Shown here: in pieces, positions 1 to 8,855 of the stretch
Layout of the letters: each line of letters opens with the position of its first letter
Numbering within the stretch: the stretch's first letter is position 1
Source of the DNA: an uncultured virus (IMG/VR IMGVR_UViG_3300023210_002494)
Taxonomy: Duplodnaviria > Heunggongvirae > Uroviricota > Caudoviricetes
Strand: one strand, 5' to 3'
Length of the DNA stretch: 20,000 bases
Virus record (IMG/VR): IMGVR_UViG_3300023210_002494
Made by a program: the position numbers and the translations under genes
Notes under the pieces: model-generated
Databases searched by the model: none
What the model saw: only the letters and a program-made list of their open reading frames with translations
What the model was told of the DNA's origin: nothing

Positions 1-234
1 GGTAGAATTTTAGAAGTACCTTATTTTGGGACTTACTTAAATACAACTATACCACAATGTAGTTCACCAACAACAACTTTTAAAATTAACGGAAAAGGTT
101 TAGAAAGGGGGGATGGCACCAGTGGAGATATTTTAGTTAAACCAAAAATTATTATGCCTAATAGACTAACACCACAAGAACAACAAATACTTAGAAATTT
201 AAATAATTCAGAAAATTTTATAAAAACGATATAA
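1..234 (+). CDS. dnaJ: DnaJ chaperone, C-terminal substrate-binding region (5'-partial)
   Basis: Own frame-1 translation: GRILEVPYFG..TIPQCSSPTTTFKINGKGLERGDGTSGDILVKPKIIMPNRLTPQEQQILRNLNNSENF, matching the DnaJ_C pattern. TAA at 232-234. Not in the ORF track. Confidence 0.8.
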   Translation, partial: GRILEVPYFGTYLNTTIPQCSSPTTTFKINGKGLERGDGTSGDILVKPKIIMPNRLTPQEQQILRNLNNSENFIKTI

Positions 235-436
235 TAAATCTAATAATAGATATATAACCGATAATAAGGGGTATAAAAGCCCCAAAAATTAATATGATAC
301 GTTCACCCTTAGTCTGTTGACCAAGAGTCTTATCGTAAACCTGCTTATCAAAACTATCTGCGTGAGACGTAAGACTCTTCTGTAGACGCTCAACAGAGTT
401 ACGTAATTTTTTTTCTTTACAAGTTTTACAAGCCAT
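218..436 (-). CDS. Small hypothetical membrane protein (N-terminal CxxC, C-terminal TM helix)
   Basis: 72 aa ORF beginning MACKTCKEKK, hydrophobic C-terminus. TATTTATA motif upstream on the - strand (455-462). Confidence 0.7.
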   Translation of the reverse strand: MACKTCKEKKLRNSVERLQKSLTSHADSFDKQVYDKTLGQQTKGERIILIFGAFIPLIIGYISIIRFIISFL

Positions 437-486
437 ACTTTTATTTTCTTTAATTATAAATAGTAAAATTTAACAAGTAAAGAAAA

Positions 487-520
487 CTTGAAATACACAC
501 CAAAATATATTACTATTATA
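487..520 (+). promoter_or_regulatory. Putative early/middle promoter CTTG-N20-TACTATTATA
   Basis: CTTG at 487-490 and TACTATTATA at 511-520, 2 nt before ATG 523. The same arrangement recurs at 7591-7624. Confidence 0.55.
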
Positions 521-522
521 GT

Positions 523-1698
523 ATGGGAGAACAAACAACAATATTTGATGTTATAGAGGCTGAGGACTCTTTTAACTTTGAGGAAAACAAACAAAACCTT
601 ATAGACAATCTAGACATGCTTAAAGAAATGTCGGTAGAAAAACAAACACTTTATAAAAAGTGGCAAGAAATGAATAAGGGTGGTAAGATGGAAAAGGTAA
701 AAAATAAATTGTACAACTACCGAACAAATCTATGGGTACCATCAGATTTAGATGATGTAGACCACACCATAAAACAAATTGAAGAGTTAGAACCTTATGT
801 TGTTATGGCAACACCAGGAAAAGGTGTTACAGAATGGGTAAACTACCGTAAACTTATCCACACAATGGAATGGGTTGCAAATCCTGGACGTAATATGAAA
901 TTCTGGGTAAGAGATAGAAAAACAAATAAAGTCCTTGGTTTGATATGTTTAGGGTCTGACGTTACAAGTATTAAGGTTAGAGACGCTTACATAGGTTGGG
1001 ATAAAACTAACAAGTTTGACCAACACAAGTTAAACAACACAGCCATAGCTACAACAATATGTTCCACACAACCAGGTGGGTATAATATGTTAATGGGTAA
1101 ATTGGTAGCAGCACTAACTACTTGTAAAACAATTAGAGATGCTTGGGAAGAAAAATATGGTGATAAGTTAATTGCTGTAGGAACGACAGCACTGTACGGA
1201 ATCAACTCAATGTATAATGGAATGCCACACTTCAAAACAATGGGAGAGACTTCAGGTAAAGTTAGGTTAAAACCTGATGATAGTGCATACCTACCATGGA
1301 ATAAATGGTTAAAGGAAAATCATCCAGAAGAACACGCAAAAGCTATAAGTGCTACAGGACCCAAACAAAACATACTTAACAAAGTTTTTAAACATTGTGG
1401 GATAAAGGGGTCAGCATACGACCACGGGTTTAAGAGAGGGGTATATCTTGCAATGATGTATGATAATGGTTGTGAGTTCTTAAGAGGTGAGATAGAAGAA
1501 AAAGACCTAAAGATGAAAAAGAAATTCCAAGATGATATTCCATATACAGATAAATGGTGGAAGAAAAAAGCGATTAGAAGGTATAAAAGTATGTACGAAC
1601 AAGATAGAATTAAACCAGAAATGTTATTCTATTGGGATGTTATTGGACTAACCTGGGAGGAAACACAAGAAAAATATATAAACGAAGTAGGTAGATAA
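523..1698 (+). CDS. DUF4338 / Druantia DruA-like protein (possible Mom-like GNAT-fold DNA-modification enzyme)
   Basis: Motifs PGRNMKFWVRD..T.KVLGLICLGSD....VRD.YIGW, QPGGYNMLMGKLVAAL and TTALYG..S.YN resemble phage DUF4338 proteins. Confidence 0.6.
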   Translation: MGEQTTIFDVIEAEDSFNFEENKQNLIDNLDMLKEMSVEKQTLYKKWQEMNKGGKMEKVKNKLYNYRTNLWVPSDLDDVDHTIKQIEELEPYVVMATPGKGVTEWVNYRKLIHTMEWVANPGRNMKFWVRDRKTNKVLGLICLGSDVTSIKVRDAYIGWDKTNKFDQHKLNNTAIATTICSTQPGGYNMLMGKLVAALTTCKTIRDAWEEKYGDKLIAVGTTALYGINSMYNGMPHFKTMGETSGKVRLKPDDSAYLPWNKWLKENHPEEHAKAISATGPKQNILNKVFKHCGIKGSAYDHGFKRGVYLAMMYDNGCEFLRGEIEEKDLKMKKKFQDDIPYTDKWWKKKAIRRYKSMYEQDRIKPEMLFYWDVIGLTWEETQEKYINEVGR

Positions 1699-1713
1699 AA
1701 ACTAATAAATAGA

Positions 1714-1848
1714 ATGGATGGTATAGAAATGATTGCACGTATAAAAGAGATTATAGGGTTTGTAAAAGAGGGGGACAAAGACAAGGTGATACTATACTTA
1801 AAATATATGATAGAAGATATAGAAATGTATAAAAATAATAGTTTGTGA
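1714..1848 (+). CDS. Hypothetical protein (44 aa)
   Basis: Own translation MDGIEMIARIKEIIGFVKEGDKDKVILYLKYMIEDIEMYKNNSL; fills the gap between two + strand genes. Confidence 0.55.
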   Translation: MDGIEMIARIKEIIGFVKEGDKDKVILYLKYMIEDIEMYKNNSL

Positions 1849-1870
1849 TACCAATTAAATAATAAATAAG

Positions 1871-2236
1871 ATGACTAAAAAAAGAACATTAAACGAACTA
1901 AGACAAGTTAAAGAATATGGAGCTGGAACAGCATACACATCTAGTGACACGTCAAACAAAATACAATACCCAAAAACCCTAAGTATTGAAAAAATTAAAT
2001 CTTTAGTAGATACAACACCAAACGACATGAACTTAGGTGAAAAAGTTAGAATGCTATTCCTTACCAACCCAAAAAGAAATACTAAAGAAGATACTAATAT
2101 ATTTGGTAAAATTTCTGGGGATAATTACAAATACTTAATAGAAAACTACCAAACTAAAAAAGGAGAAGAATTTAATAGTTGGTACAACGGATTAACAAAC
2201 GAAGAAAAAATTTTCATAACTAGCATGTTTGATTAA
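1871..2236 (+). CDS. Hypothetical phage protein
   Basis: 121 aa ORF with A-rich upstream region, in the + strand gene run. Confidence 0.75.
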   Translation: MTKKRTLNELRQVKEYGAGTAYTSSDTSNKIQYPKTLSIEKIKSLVDTTPNDMNLGEKVRMLFLTNPKRNTKEDTNIFGKISGDNYKYLIENYQTKKGEEFNSWYNGLTNEEKIFITSMFD

Positions 2237-2255
2237 GAAAAAATTTGTACCTTTG
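2228..2255 (+). promoter_or_regulatory. Bacteroidota housekeeping-type promoter (TTTG ... TAnnTTTG)
   Basis: TTTG at 2228-2231 and TACCTTTG at 2248-2255, just before ATG 2260. Confidence 0.6.
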
Positions 2256-2259
2256 TAAT

Positions 2260-2511
2260 ATGAAAGAAAAAAATTCAAACTGGGACACATACGATTTCCA
2301 AGACTGGGTAGTTAAACACATTAACCTTATCTTAGTAGGAAAAGAATTAGAGTTATTTATGAGAAATAATTTTGGTTATGACGACATAAAAATGTTTGGC
2401 AAGTTGGAGGAAGCAGAAAACTTAAAAAGTTTATACCAATCCAGGATGATTGATAAGGCACTTTCTTATAAAGTAAATTTTGGCAATGGGGAGTTTCAGT
2501 GGACTAACTAG
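2260..2511 (+). CDS. Hypothetical protein
   Basis: The track start at TTG 2245 overlaps the promoter; in-frame ATG 2260 (MKEKNSNWD) is preferred. Confidence 0.7.
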   Translation: MKEKNSNWDTYDFQDWVVKHINLILVGKELELFMRNNFGYDDIKMFGKLEEAENLKSLYQSRMIDKALSYKVNFGNGEFQWTN

Positions 2512-2537
2512 TATTAATTAAATAAAAAATAAATAAA

Positions 2538-2822
2538 ATGGGTGGAAGTAGAATGATGGAAAAAAGAGGTCACCATATCTGTAAAATGGTGAATTACGAG
2601 GTAAGACAAAAAACAACACAAGAAACAAGTAGAAAGGTTGGTGGTAGTATAGTTAATACACCTGGAAGTGTTGAGGTTATGGTTTATAAAGGTAAGAATA
2701 AGATTGAAGGTGGTATGAAAGATGTAAAAGTTGCCGCACAAAAAATCTATGATATTCTTAAAAAAGAGAGTAGAGAAATTACGGTGAGTAAAAAAATCAT
2801 TAAAAAATATAATTTGGGTTAA
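2538..2822 (+). CDS. Hypothetical basic protein
   Basis: 94 aa Lys-rich ORF in the + strand run. Confidence 0.7.
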   Translation: MGGSRMMEKRGHHICKMVNYEVRQKTTQETSRKVGGSIVNTPGSVEVMVYKGKNKIEGGMKDVKVAAQKIYDILKKESREITVSKKIIKKYNLG

Positions 2823-2827
2823 TATTT

Positions 2828-3157
2828 ATGTATATGGATGTTAACATACACATATATCTCAAAAAATTAAAAGACTTTTTTAATAATGATAAGGAAGCGT
2901 ATAATGATATATTTGGTAAAGAAAAAGTAGATATGGATGAGTTTTATAAAATGGTCGCTGAAAAAGCGACCATTAATATTAAAAAAAACGGAGACCCTAT
3001 ATTATCTGGAAATGAAATGTTAGCGATTATCGCAGACCTGGCTTTTAAAGAAATATCAAAGGAAATGCAACTAGAACACCTAACTAAGACAAAAAAAGAA
3101 ATGGATAAAATATTCATAAATTCTAAAGATGGGTTCCCACCGATATGTTTAAATTAA
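2828..3157 (+). CDS. Hypothetical protein (true start may be ATG 2834)
   Basis: 109 aa ORF; a TATTTATG late-like motif at 2823-2830 overlaps the first ATG. Confidence 0.7.
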   Translation: MYMDVNIHIYLKKLKDFFNNDKEAYNDIFGKEKVDMDEFYKMVAEKATINIKKNGDPILSGNEMLAIIADLAFKEISKEMQLEHLTKTKKEMDKIFINSKDGFPPICLN

Positions 3158-3205
3158 AATAAAGTTACTTATTGACAATATTTTTAAGTTTGCTTAAATT
3201 TTAAT

Positions 3206-3532
3206 ATGGCAAAAAATATAGAACTACCACCTACTAAATCACTATTAGAAAAATACCAACCATTACTAATGGTAAAATTATCCAGTCCAGCAACTATTAG
3301 GTTAGGGAGTGATATAGAAAAATTTGCTTCTGATATTCGGGAAAAAAGTGGGTATGAGGTTATAGTATTTCCTAATGAAGAAGAAACAGATATAAAGTTA
3401 GTTAGTATCTGTGAGAGTGAATCGGTAGACATAAGTAAACTAAAAGACTATATTTACACTAAGTATAAATCACCAAGTATACAAGAAACACCCTTTACTA
3501 AGATTAAAGATATAATTAAAAAAAGAAAATAA
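3206..3532 (+). CDS. Hypothetical protein
   Basis: 108 aa ORF; TTGACA at 3172-3177 and TAAGTTTG at 3185-3192 upstream. Confidence 0.7.
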   Translation: MAKNIELPPTKSLLEKYQPLLMVKLSSPATIRLGSDIEKFASDIREKSGYEVIVFPNEEETDIKLVSICESESVDISKLKDYIYTKYKSPSIQETPFTKIKDIIKKRK

Positions 3533-3533
3533 A

Positions 3534-3893
3534 GTGAGTGATAAAGAAACACCAACACACGACCCTCAAACAGGAGAACGTAATTCTCATTACGAAGAAT
3601 TGACGGGAAACTCAAATCCAGATTTTCCTTCACAACAAGATATTATAGAGTTTAATAGGAAAGAATATAGAAAAAAAGAGATGGTAGACCACCCAGACCA
3701 TTATGGGGGTGAAGACAACCCTTACGAAGCTATTAAAGTTATAGAAAAGTGGGGGTTAGGTTTTAACCTAGGGAATGCGGTAAAATATATCTCAAGAGCA
3801 GATAAAAAAGGTAAAAGATTGGAGGATTTAAAAAAAGCAAGTTGGTACATTAATAGACAAATTAAAATAATAAAAAATGAAAGGAAAAATTAA
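3534..3893 (+). CDS. DUF3310 protein (T7 gp1.7-like putative nucleotide kinase) with N-terminal extension
   Basis: [10 protein letters not shown]...EAIKVIE...[28 protein letters not shown] is the DUF3310 signature. Confidence 0.85.
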   Translation: MSDKETPTHDPQTGERNSHYEELTGNSNPDFPSQQDIIEFNRKEYRKKEMVDHPDHYGGEDNPYEAIKVIEKWGLGFNLGNAVKYISRADKKGKRLEDLKKASWYINRQIKIIKNERKN

Positions 3894-4305
3894 TACAGAC
3901 AAAGGAACTATGGTGGTAGAGTTCTATGAAAAAGACGCACCAAAAACAGTACAAAATTTTATAGGTTTAGCAAAACAAGGTTACTATAACGGTTTAAATT
4001 TCCATAGAGTAATTCCTGGGTTCGTAGCTCAAGGAGGTTGTCCGAATGGAACTGGGGCTGGTGGTCCTGGATATAAAATTGATTGTGAGTTAGGTGGTGG
4101 TAATCAGTACCATGACAAGGGTGTTCTATCTATGGCTCACGCTGGTAGAAATACTGGTGGGTCACAATTCTTTCTATGTCATAATAGACAAGGGACACAA
4201 CATTTAGATGGGAACCATACTTGTTTTGGTAAAGTTGTTGAAGGTTTAAATATTGTAGACCAGATACAACAAGGAGATAAGTTTAGTGTAGAGATAGAAG
4301 ACTAA
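3877..4305 (+). CDS. ppiB: Cyclophilin-type peptidyl-prolyl cis-trans isomerase
   Basis: [29 protein letters not shown] and [15 protein letters not shown] motifs. Confidence 0.95.
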   Translation: MKGKINTDKGTMVVEFYEKDAPKTVQNFIGLAKQGYYNGLNFHRVIPGFVAQGGCPNGTGAGGPGYKIDCELGGGNQYHDKGVLSMAHAGRNTGGSQFFLCHNRQGTQHLDGNHTCFGKVVEGLNIVDQIQQGDKFSVEIED

Positions 4306-5204
4306 TGAAAACCAGACTATCTAACAATGTAGGAAATACCCCACTAATACCAATAACTATTGGTAGATACACTGTATGGGGAAAAGCTGAGTTTATGAAC
4401 CCTAGTGGTTCGGTTAAAGATAGGATGGCAACATACATTATTAATAACGCAGAGAAATTAAAATTAATAAAACCAGGTAGTACTATATGTGAAGCAACTT
4501 CGGGTAATAGTGGCATATCATTTGCGATGTTGGCCGCGGAAAGAGGGTATAATATAGTTATCATTATGCCATCTAATATGTCTGAAGAAAGAAAAAACAT
4601 GTTTAAAATTTACGGAGCTAAACTAATAGAAGTTGGTGAAGGAGATTTTGATGGAGCAATTGCGTTAAGAGACGAGATGTGTGAAAAAAAGGGTTGGTTT
4701 AACTGTAACCAGTTCCACAATAAATTAAACATAGAAGCACATTATCTTGCTACAGGACCAGAAATATACAACCAATTTAAAGACGCTAACGAACTCATAG
4801 AGGATATTCCTGATGTTTTTGTAGCTGGTACTGGAACTGGTGGTACACTTATGGGTATTGACAAATTTTTAAAAGAGATGTGGCCTAAGATAAGTACAGT
4901 AGCAGTAGAACCAGCAGAATCACCGGTAATGTCTGGTGGTAAACCTGGGTTACATGGGATACAAGGAATTGGTGATGGTAGTAAATTTTTAGTGGACTTA
5001 GAAAAAGTTTCGGAAGTTAGAATGGTTACCACAGAATGTGCAAAATCTTGCTCTAGACACTTAGCTAAAAAATATGGTTTATTTATCGGGATAAGTGCAG
5101 CAGCAAATGTATTCACAGCATTCCAATGGCTACGAGACAACGATAAAAAAAATGCAGTAACAATACTTTGTGATAGAGGGGAAAGGTATTTTAGTTGTTT
5201 GTAA
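4305..5204 (+). CDS. cysK: Cysteine synthase / O-acetylserine sulfhydrylase family PLP enzyme
   Basis: NPSGSVKDR (PLP lysine), EATSGNSG, GTGTGGT and HGIQGIG motifs; TAATG stop/start overlap with the upstream gene. Confidence 0.92.
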   Translation: MKTRLSNNVGNTPLIPITIGRYTVWGKAEFMNPSGSVKDRMATYIINNAEKLKLIKPGSTICEATSGNSGISFAMLAAERGYNIVIIMPSNMSEERKNMFKIYGAKLIEVGEGDFDGAIALRDEMCEKKGWFNCNQFHNKLNIEAHYLATGPEIYNQFKDANELIEDIPDVFVAGTGTGGTLMGIDKFLKEMWPKISTVAVEPAESPVMSGGKPGLHGIQGIGDGSKFLVDLEKVSEVRMVTTECAKSCSRHLAKKYGLFIGISAAANVFTAFQWLRDNDKKNAVTILCDRGERYFSCL

Positions 5205-5231
5205 AAAATAACTATAGTTTATCTATAGTAT

Positions 5232-5266
5232 AAGTCGTTTATAGTTATATTTATTATAAACGACTT
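5232..5266 (+). promoter_or_regulatory. 12-bp perfect inverted repeat enclosing a TATTTAT late-promoter motif, just upstream of the lysozyme ATG
   Basis: AAGTCGTTTATA (5232-5243) pairs with TATAAACGACTT (5255-5266). TATTTAT at 5248-5254; ATG at 5270. Confidence 0.7.
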
Positions 5267-5269
5267 TTT

Positions 5270-5833
5270 ATGCGTATTATAATTTCAGAAACACAACTAA
5301 ACTTAATTTCAGAACAACTGGATACCAGCCAATTTAAACAAGCTGTTGAGTTAACAGCTTCACAGTGGTACTGGGACCACGTAAGAAAAGAAGAAAGTTT
5401 AGAATGTGAAGCTTATGATATTGGTGATGGAAAATGGACAATTGGTTATGGTCATACTGAAGGCGTTAAAAAAGGTGATATTTTAGGTGATGGTAAAAAC
5501 TGTAAAAAAGAAGCCACTACACTACTAAGAGAAGATTCTACGTATCACGCTAATAAATTAAGAAAAATTTTTACCGACTGGAATAAAAAAGGAATAAACA
5601 TACTAATAACCCAAGGTATGTTTGACGCTTTATTATCGTTATCGTATAATGGTGGAGCTGGGGGTATAAGAAGGTCTGACGTGATAGCTTTATTAAAAGA
5701 TTCACAGACCATAGACAAAGATAAAATCCAACAAGCTGCTGACAGTATTAAGGGATATAGAGTTAGCAAGAAATTTCCAGGTCTAGTTAAAAGGAGAGAA
5801 TTAGAGTACCAGAGATTTATAGAAGGATTGTAA
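5270..5833 (+). CDS. GH24 phage lysozyme (muramidase) with N-terminal leader
   Basis: EESLECEAYDIGDGKWTIGYGHT catalytic region, plus TQGMFDALLSLSYNGG and GLVKRRELE. Confidence 0.9.
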   Translation: MRIIISETQLNLISEQLDTSQFKQAVELTASQWYWDHVRKEESLECEAYDIGDGKWTIGYGHTEGVKKGDILGDGKNCKKEATTLLREDSTYHANKLRKIFTDWNKKGINILITQGMFDALLSLSYNGGAGGIRRSDVIALLKDSQTIDKDKIQQAADSIKGYRVSKKFPGLVKRRELEYQRFIEGL

Positions 5834-5835
5834 AG

Positions 5836-5843
5836 TATTTATA
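5836..5843 (+). promoter_or_regulatory. Putative phage late promoter TATTTATA
   Basis: Exact octamer 4 nt before ATG 5848. It recurs at 10215, 13077 and 16991 (+) and at 455 and 7621 (-). Confidence 0.65.
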
Positions 5844-5847
5844 TAAT

Positions 5848-7290
5848 ATGAAAATAGAGATAACAGAACAACAATTAGAACGTATTAATGAGTCACTTTT
5901 AAATGAAGGTGGGATTAGAGACATTAACAAGTTAGCACAAAGATACCCTAAAGCTGAAATATATTTTCACCAAGACCTAGATGGTGTAGTATCCGCACTA
6001 GGTATGAAAAACTATTTAGAAAATTATGGAATAGAGGTTATTGGTAGTCATGTGATACAGTACGGAGATAAAGAATTTTCTGTTAAAAAACCAGATGCTA
6101 GTGGGGACGTAATGCCAGTATTAGTAGATTTCGCACACGGTAAACCAATATTTAAAATTCATACTGACCATCATGACTCACAGGCTGGGGTTGAGGATGA
6201 TACCGCAACACAATTTAGAGGTGCAAGGTCTAATGTGGAAACCATATCACAAACTATAAGCCCTAGTGATATTTTTAGTAATGAAGATATTATGATGATT
6301 AATACTGTAGATTCAGCAGACTACGCAAAACACGATATTGAACCTGAACAAGTTATGAACTTAATTAGGGATTTTGAAAAGGGAGAACAAACATACGAAA
6401 AGAAATGGATGTTAGGGTTACTAACTAATAAATTACTACTAGCTTATAAAAATAAACCAGGATTTTTAGAAAACCTAGTGATGAACTCAACACCATCGCT
6501 AATGAATATATACCAAAACATAAATTCATACGCAAAAGAAAAAGGATTTGCATCTCCAGAAGATATGGCACAAAATCAGGCTGGTTATATTGAATCACAA
6601 AAGAAAAGTAATAATTTAAAATTAGAAGGTAATATTATTGTACAATACGGTGGGGGTGCTTTATTTAAACCAGGGTCTTATGATAGGTACACACCATTTA
6701 AAATTTATCCTGAGGCTGATTTTTTAGTTATAGCTTGGCCTATGGGTTTAGTACAAGCTTCTTGTAACCCATTTAAAAAGGATAGAGCACTAAAGGGTGT
6801 AAATTTAGGTGATATAGCTCAAGAGGTTCTTAAAACAATAGAACCACAACTAAAAGCACACATGGTACCTATATCAGTAATTAAAAGGGTGGGTGAAACC
6901 AAAGCAGATGATGATAGTATCGGTTTTAAAACGTCAGATTTATTTGCTTTATATAAAGACCATCTACAAAACATGCCAAAAGAAAGTTCAGAATATTATA
7001 ACATGGCGGTTAATATAATAGATTCACCTTGGGATAGTCTAAGTGAAAAACAAAAAACAGTTCTAGATAACATCAAAGTACCTGCTTGGGACGTTATTCA
7101 GGCTAATAGTGGTGGTCATAAATGTATAACAAATCTTAGTGGACTTAATTTCTTTAGTAGAGCAACTAGAAATCCAGAAAAAGGTACTTGGAAGAAAAAA
7201 TCAGACAGTAAACCTACAAGGTATGTTGAGTTTGTTAAATGGGTACAAAAAGAACTGGTTAGTAAAATTAAATCTAGTATTAATCAGTAA
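5848..7290 (+). CDS. DHH/DHHA1-family phosphoesterase
   Basis: YFHQDLDG (motif I), VLVDF (II), HTDHHD (DHH), VDSAD (IV) and C-terminal SGGHK. Confidence 0.75.
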   Translation: MKIEITEQQLERINESLLNEGGIRDINKLAQRYPKAEIYFHQDLDGVVSALGMKNYLENYGIEVIGSHVIQYGDKEFSVKKPDASGDVMPVLVDFAHGKPIFKIHTDHHDSQAGVEDDTATQFRGARSNVETISQTISPSDIFSNEDIMMINTVDSADYAKHDIEPEQVMNLIRDFEKGEQTYEKKWMLGLLTNKLLLAYKNKPGFLENLVMNSTPSLMNIYQNINSYAKEKGFASPEDMAQNQAGYIESQKKSNNLKLEGNIIVQYGGGALFKPGSYDRYTPFKIYPEADFLVIAWPMGLVQASCNPFKKDRALKGVNLGDIAQEVLKTIEPQLKAHMVPISVIKRVGETKADDDSIGFKTSDLFALYKDHLQNMPKESSEYYNMAVNIIDSPWDSLSEKQKTVLDNIKVPAWDVIQANSGGHKCITNLSGLNFFSRATRNPEKGTWKKKSDSKPTRYVEFVKWVQKELVSKIKSSINQ

Positions 7291-7615
7291 AATTTAAAAC
7301 ATCACCTTCACTTACCGAGTACTTTCCAGAAGGAACCTCCAAAACCTTATTAGCTATACCATAGTAAGAGTTACATTTATTTTTATTACAGGGTGGACAA
7401 TTCCTATGAACCTTAGTAACCTTATCTTCGATGATAAAAATTATATCCAAACTAATTAAACAATCTTTCATCCAGAAAGAACGTTCGGACACTTCTGAGA
7501 ATAGAAATAACATTCCACCATTAAGAAATTCTCTACCCATCATACCTGTACTAATAGCGTTAGGAGAAGATTTAATCTCTAATGGGAGAACTTGTTTATT
7601 TAAAATAACATTCAT
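7280..7615 (-). CDS. DUF192 family protein
   Basis: GMMGR....GGMLFLF.....SFWMKDCLISLDIIFI and CPPC...VLEV motifs. Start moved to ATG 7615 (MNVILNKQ), 5 nt downstream of TATTTATA on the - strand (7621-7628). Confidence 0.85.
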   Translation of the reverse strand: MNVILNKQVLPLEIKSSPNAISTGMMGREFLNGGMLFLFSEVSERSFWMKDCLISLDIIFIIEDKVTKVHRNCPPCNKNKCNSYYGIANKVLEVPSGKYSVSEGDVLNFTD

Positions 7616-7633
7616 ACTATTATAAATATATAA

Positions 7634-7795
7634 ATGGAAAGAGAAACCAACGAAGACATAAAAAAACAAGTAGAAGAATTAAAAGAACTTTTACAAACTA
7701 TTGAGGTTAAAGACAAAGAGTCCCAAGAGGATATGGCACACATAAATAAGCAATTAAATAAAGTACTTAAAAAATTTAATAAAAATGAAAATTAA
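7634..7795 (+). CDS. Hypothetical coiled-coil protein (53 aa)
   Basis: Own translation MERETNEDIKKQVEELKELLQTIEVKDKESQEDMAHINKQLNKVLKKFNKNEN. CTTG-N20-TACTATTATA upstream; overlaps the GS start. Confidence 0.6.
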   Translation: MERETNEDIKKQVEELKELLQTIEVKDKESQEDMAHINKQLNKVLKKFNKNEN

Positions 7796-8828
7796 AACAA
7801 AAATAGAATATATCTGGTTAGATGGTACTAAACCAGAACAGACGTTAAGGAGCAAAACAAAAGTTGTAGAATTAGAAAGCAGTATCACCAAACCAAAGCC
7901 AGAAGATTTACCAGAGTGGTCATTTGATGGTAGTTCAACACAACAAGCGGTCGGAGATAACTCGGACTGTATATTAAGACCAGTAAGAGTTTATATGGAC
8001 CCACAAAGATTAGGTTCTTACCTTGCGTTATGTGAGGTATTAGATGAAAAAGGTATTTCACATAAGACTAATGAAAGAGCAGAATTAGAAGATTTTGATT
8101 TCCATAGACATAATGAAGGTTGGTGGTTTGGGTTCGAACAAGAGTATGTATTAATGAAAGATGGAAAACCACTAGGGTTTCCTAGAGAAGGGTACCCAGA
8201 ACCACAAGGAAAATATTATTGTGGTGTAGGAACAGATAGAGTTGTGGGTAGAGAAATTGTAGAACAACACTTAGACGCATGTATGAATATTGGGTTAGAT
8301 ATTACAGGTGTAAATGCGGAGGTAATGTTGGGACAGTGGGAGTACCAACTATTTGGTAAGGGAGCTTTAAAAGTTTCCGATGACTTGTGGATTAGTAGAT
8401 ATCTTTTATATAGGATTACAGAAAACCATGGAGTAACAGTAGACATACACCCAAAACCAGTACATGGTGATTGGAATGGTTCGGGTATGCATGTAAATTT
8501 TTCTACAAAAGAAATGAGAGAAGTTGGTGGGAAAGATTTAATAGAAGGTATTTGTGATACTTTATCTTTTTATCATGAAGAACACATAAATAATTATGGT
8601 AGTGATAATGAAAAAAGATTAACAGGTTTACACGAAACACAATCTATAGAAAAATTTAGTTATGGTATTTCCGATAGAGGTGCTAGTATTAGAATCCCGG
8701 TTTCCACAGTTCAGAATAATTGGAAGGGGTACGTTGAAGATAGAAGACCAGCTAGTAATGGGGACCCATACAAAATAACAAAAAGATTATTAGAAACTTT
8801 AAAAACTAAACTAGAATTAGTAGAATAA
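7785..8828 (+). CDS. glnII: Glutamine synthetase type II
   Basis: EYIWLDG, WSFDGSST, WFGFEQEY, PQGKYYCGVG, NAEVMLGQWEYQ, PKPVHGDWNGSGMH, RLTGLHET, RGASIRIP and EDRRPASN motifs. Confidence 0.95.
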   Translation: MKIKTKIEYIWLDGTKPEQTLRSKTKVVELESSITKPKPEDLPEWSFDGSSTQQAVGDNSDCILRPVRVYMDPQRLGSYLALCEVLDEKGISHKTNERAELEDFDFHRHNEGWWFGFEQEYVLMKDGKPLGFPREGYPEPQGKYYCGVGTDRVVGREIVEQHLDACMNIGLDITGVNAEVMLGQWEYQLFGKGALKVSDDLWISRYLLYRITENHGVTVDIHPKPVHGDWNGSGMHVNFSTKEMREVGGKDLIEGICDTLSFYHEEHINNYGSDNEKRLTGLHETQSIEKFSYGISDRGASIRIPVSTVQNNWKGYVEDRRPASNGDPYKITKRLLETLKTKLELVE

Positions 8829-8843
8829 TTTAAAAATAATTAT

Positions 8844-8851
8844 TACATTTG
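8844..8851 (+). promoter_or_regulatory. Bacteroidota-type -7 promoter element
   Basis: TACATTTG, 4 nt before ATG 8856. Confidence 0.5.
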
Positions 8852-8855
8852 TGGC

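Noticed and set aside
523..1698. Complete Druantia defence system
   Set aside because: No DruE helicase or other dru genes are in the window.
5270..5833. Holin-endolysin-spanin lysis cassette
   Set aside because: No membrane-protein or lipoprotein genes are adjacent to the lysozyme.
7616..7669. Longer track start for the DUF192 gene; likewise the starts at 2245 and 9907
   Set aside because: The extensions overlap promoter motifs or neighbouring genes. Downstream ATGs at 7615, 2260 and 9970 fit better.
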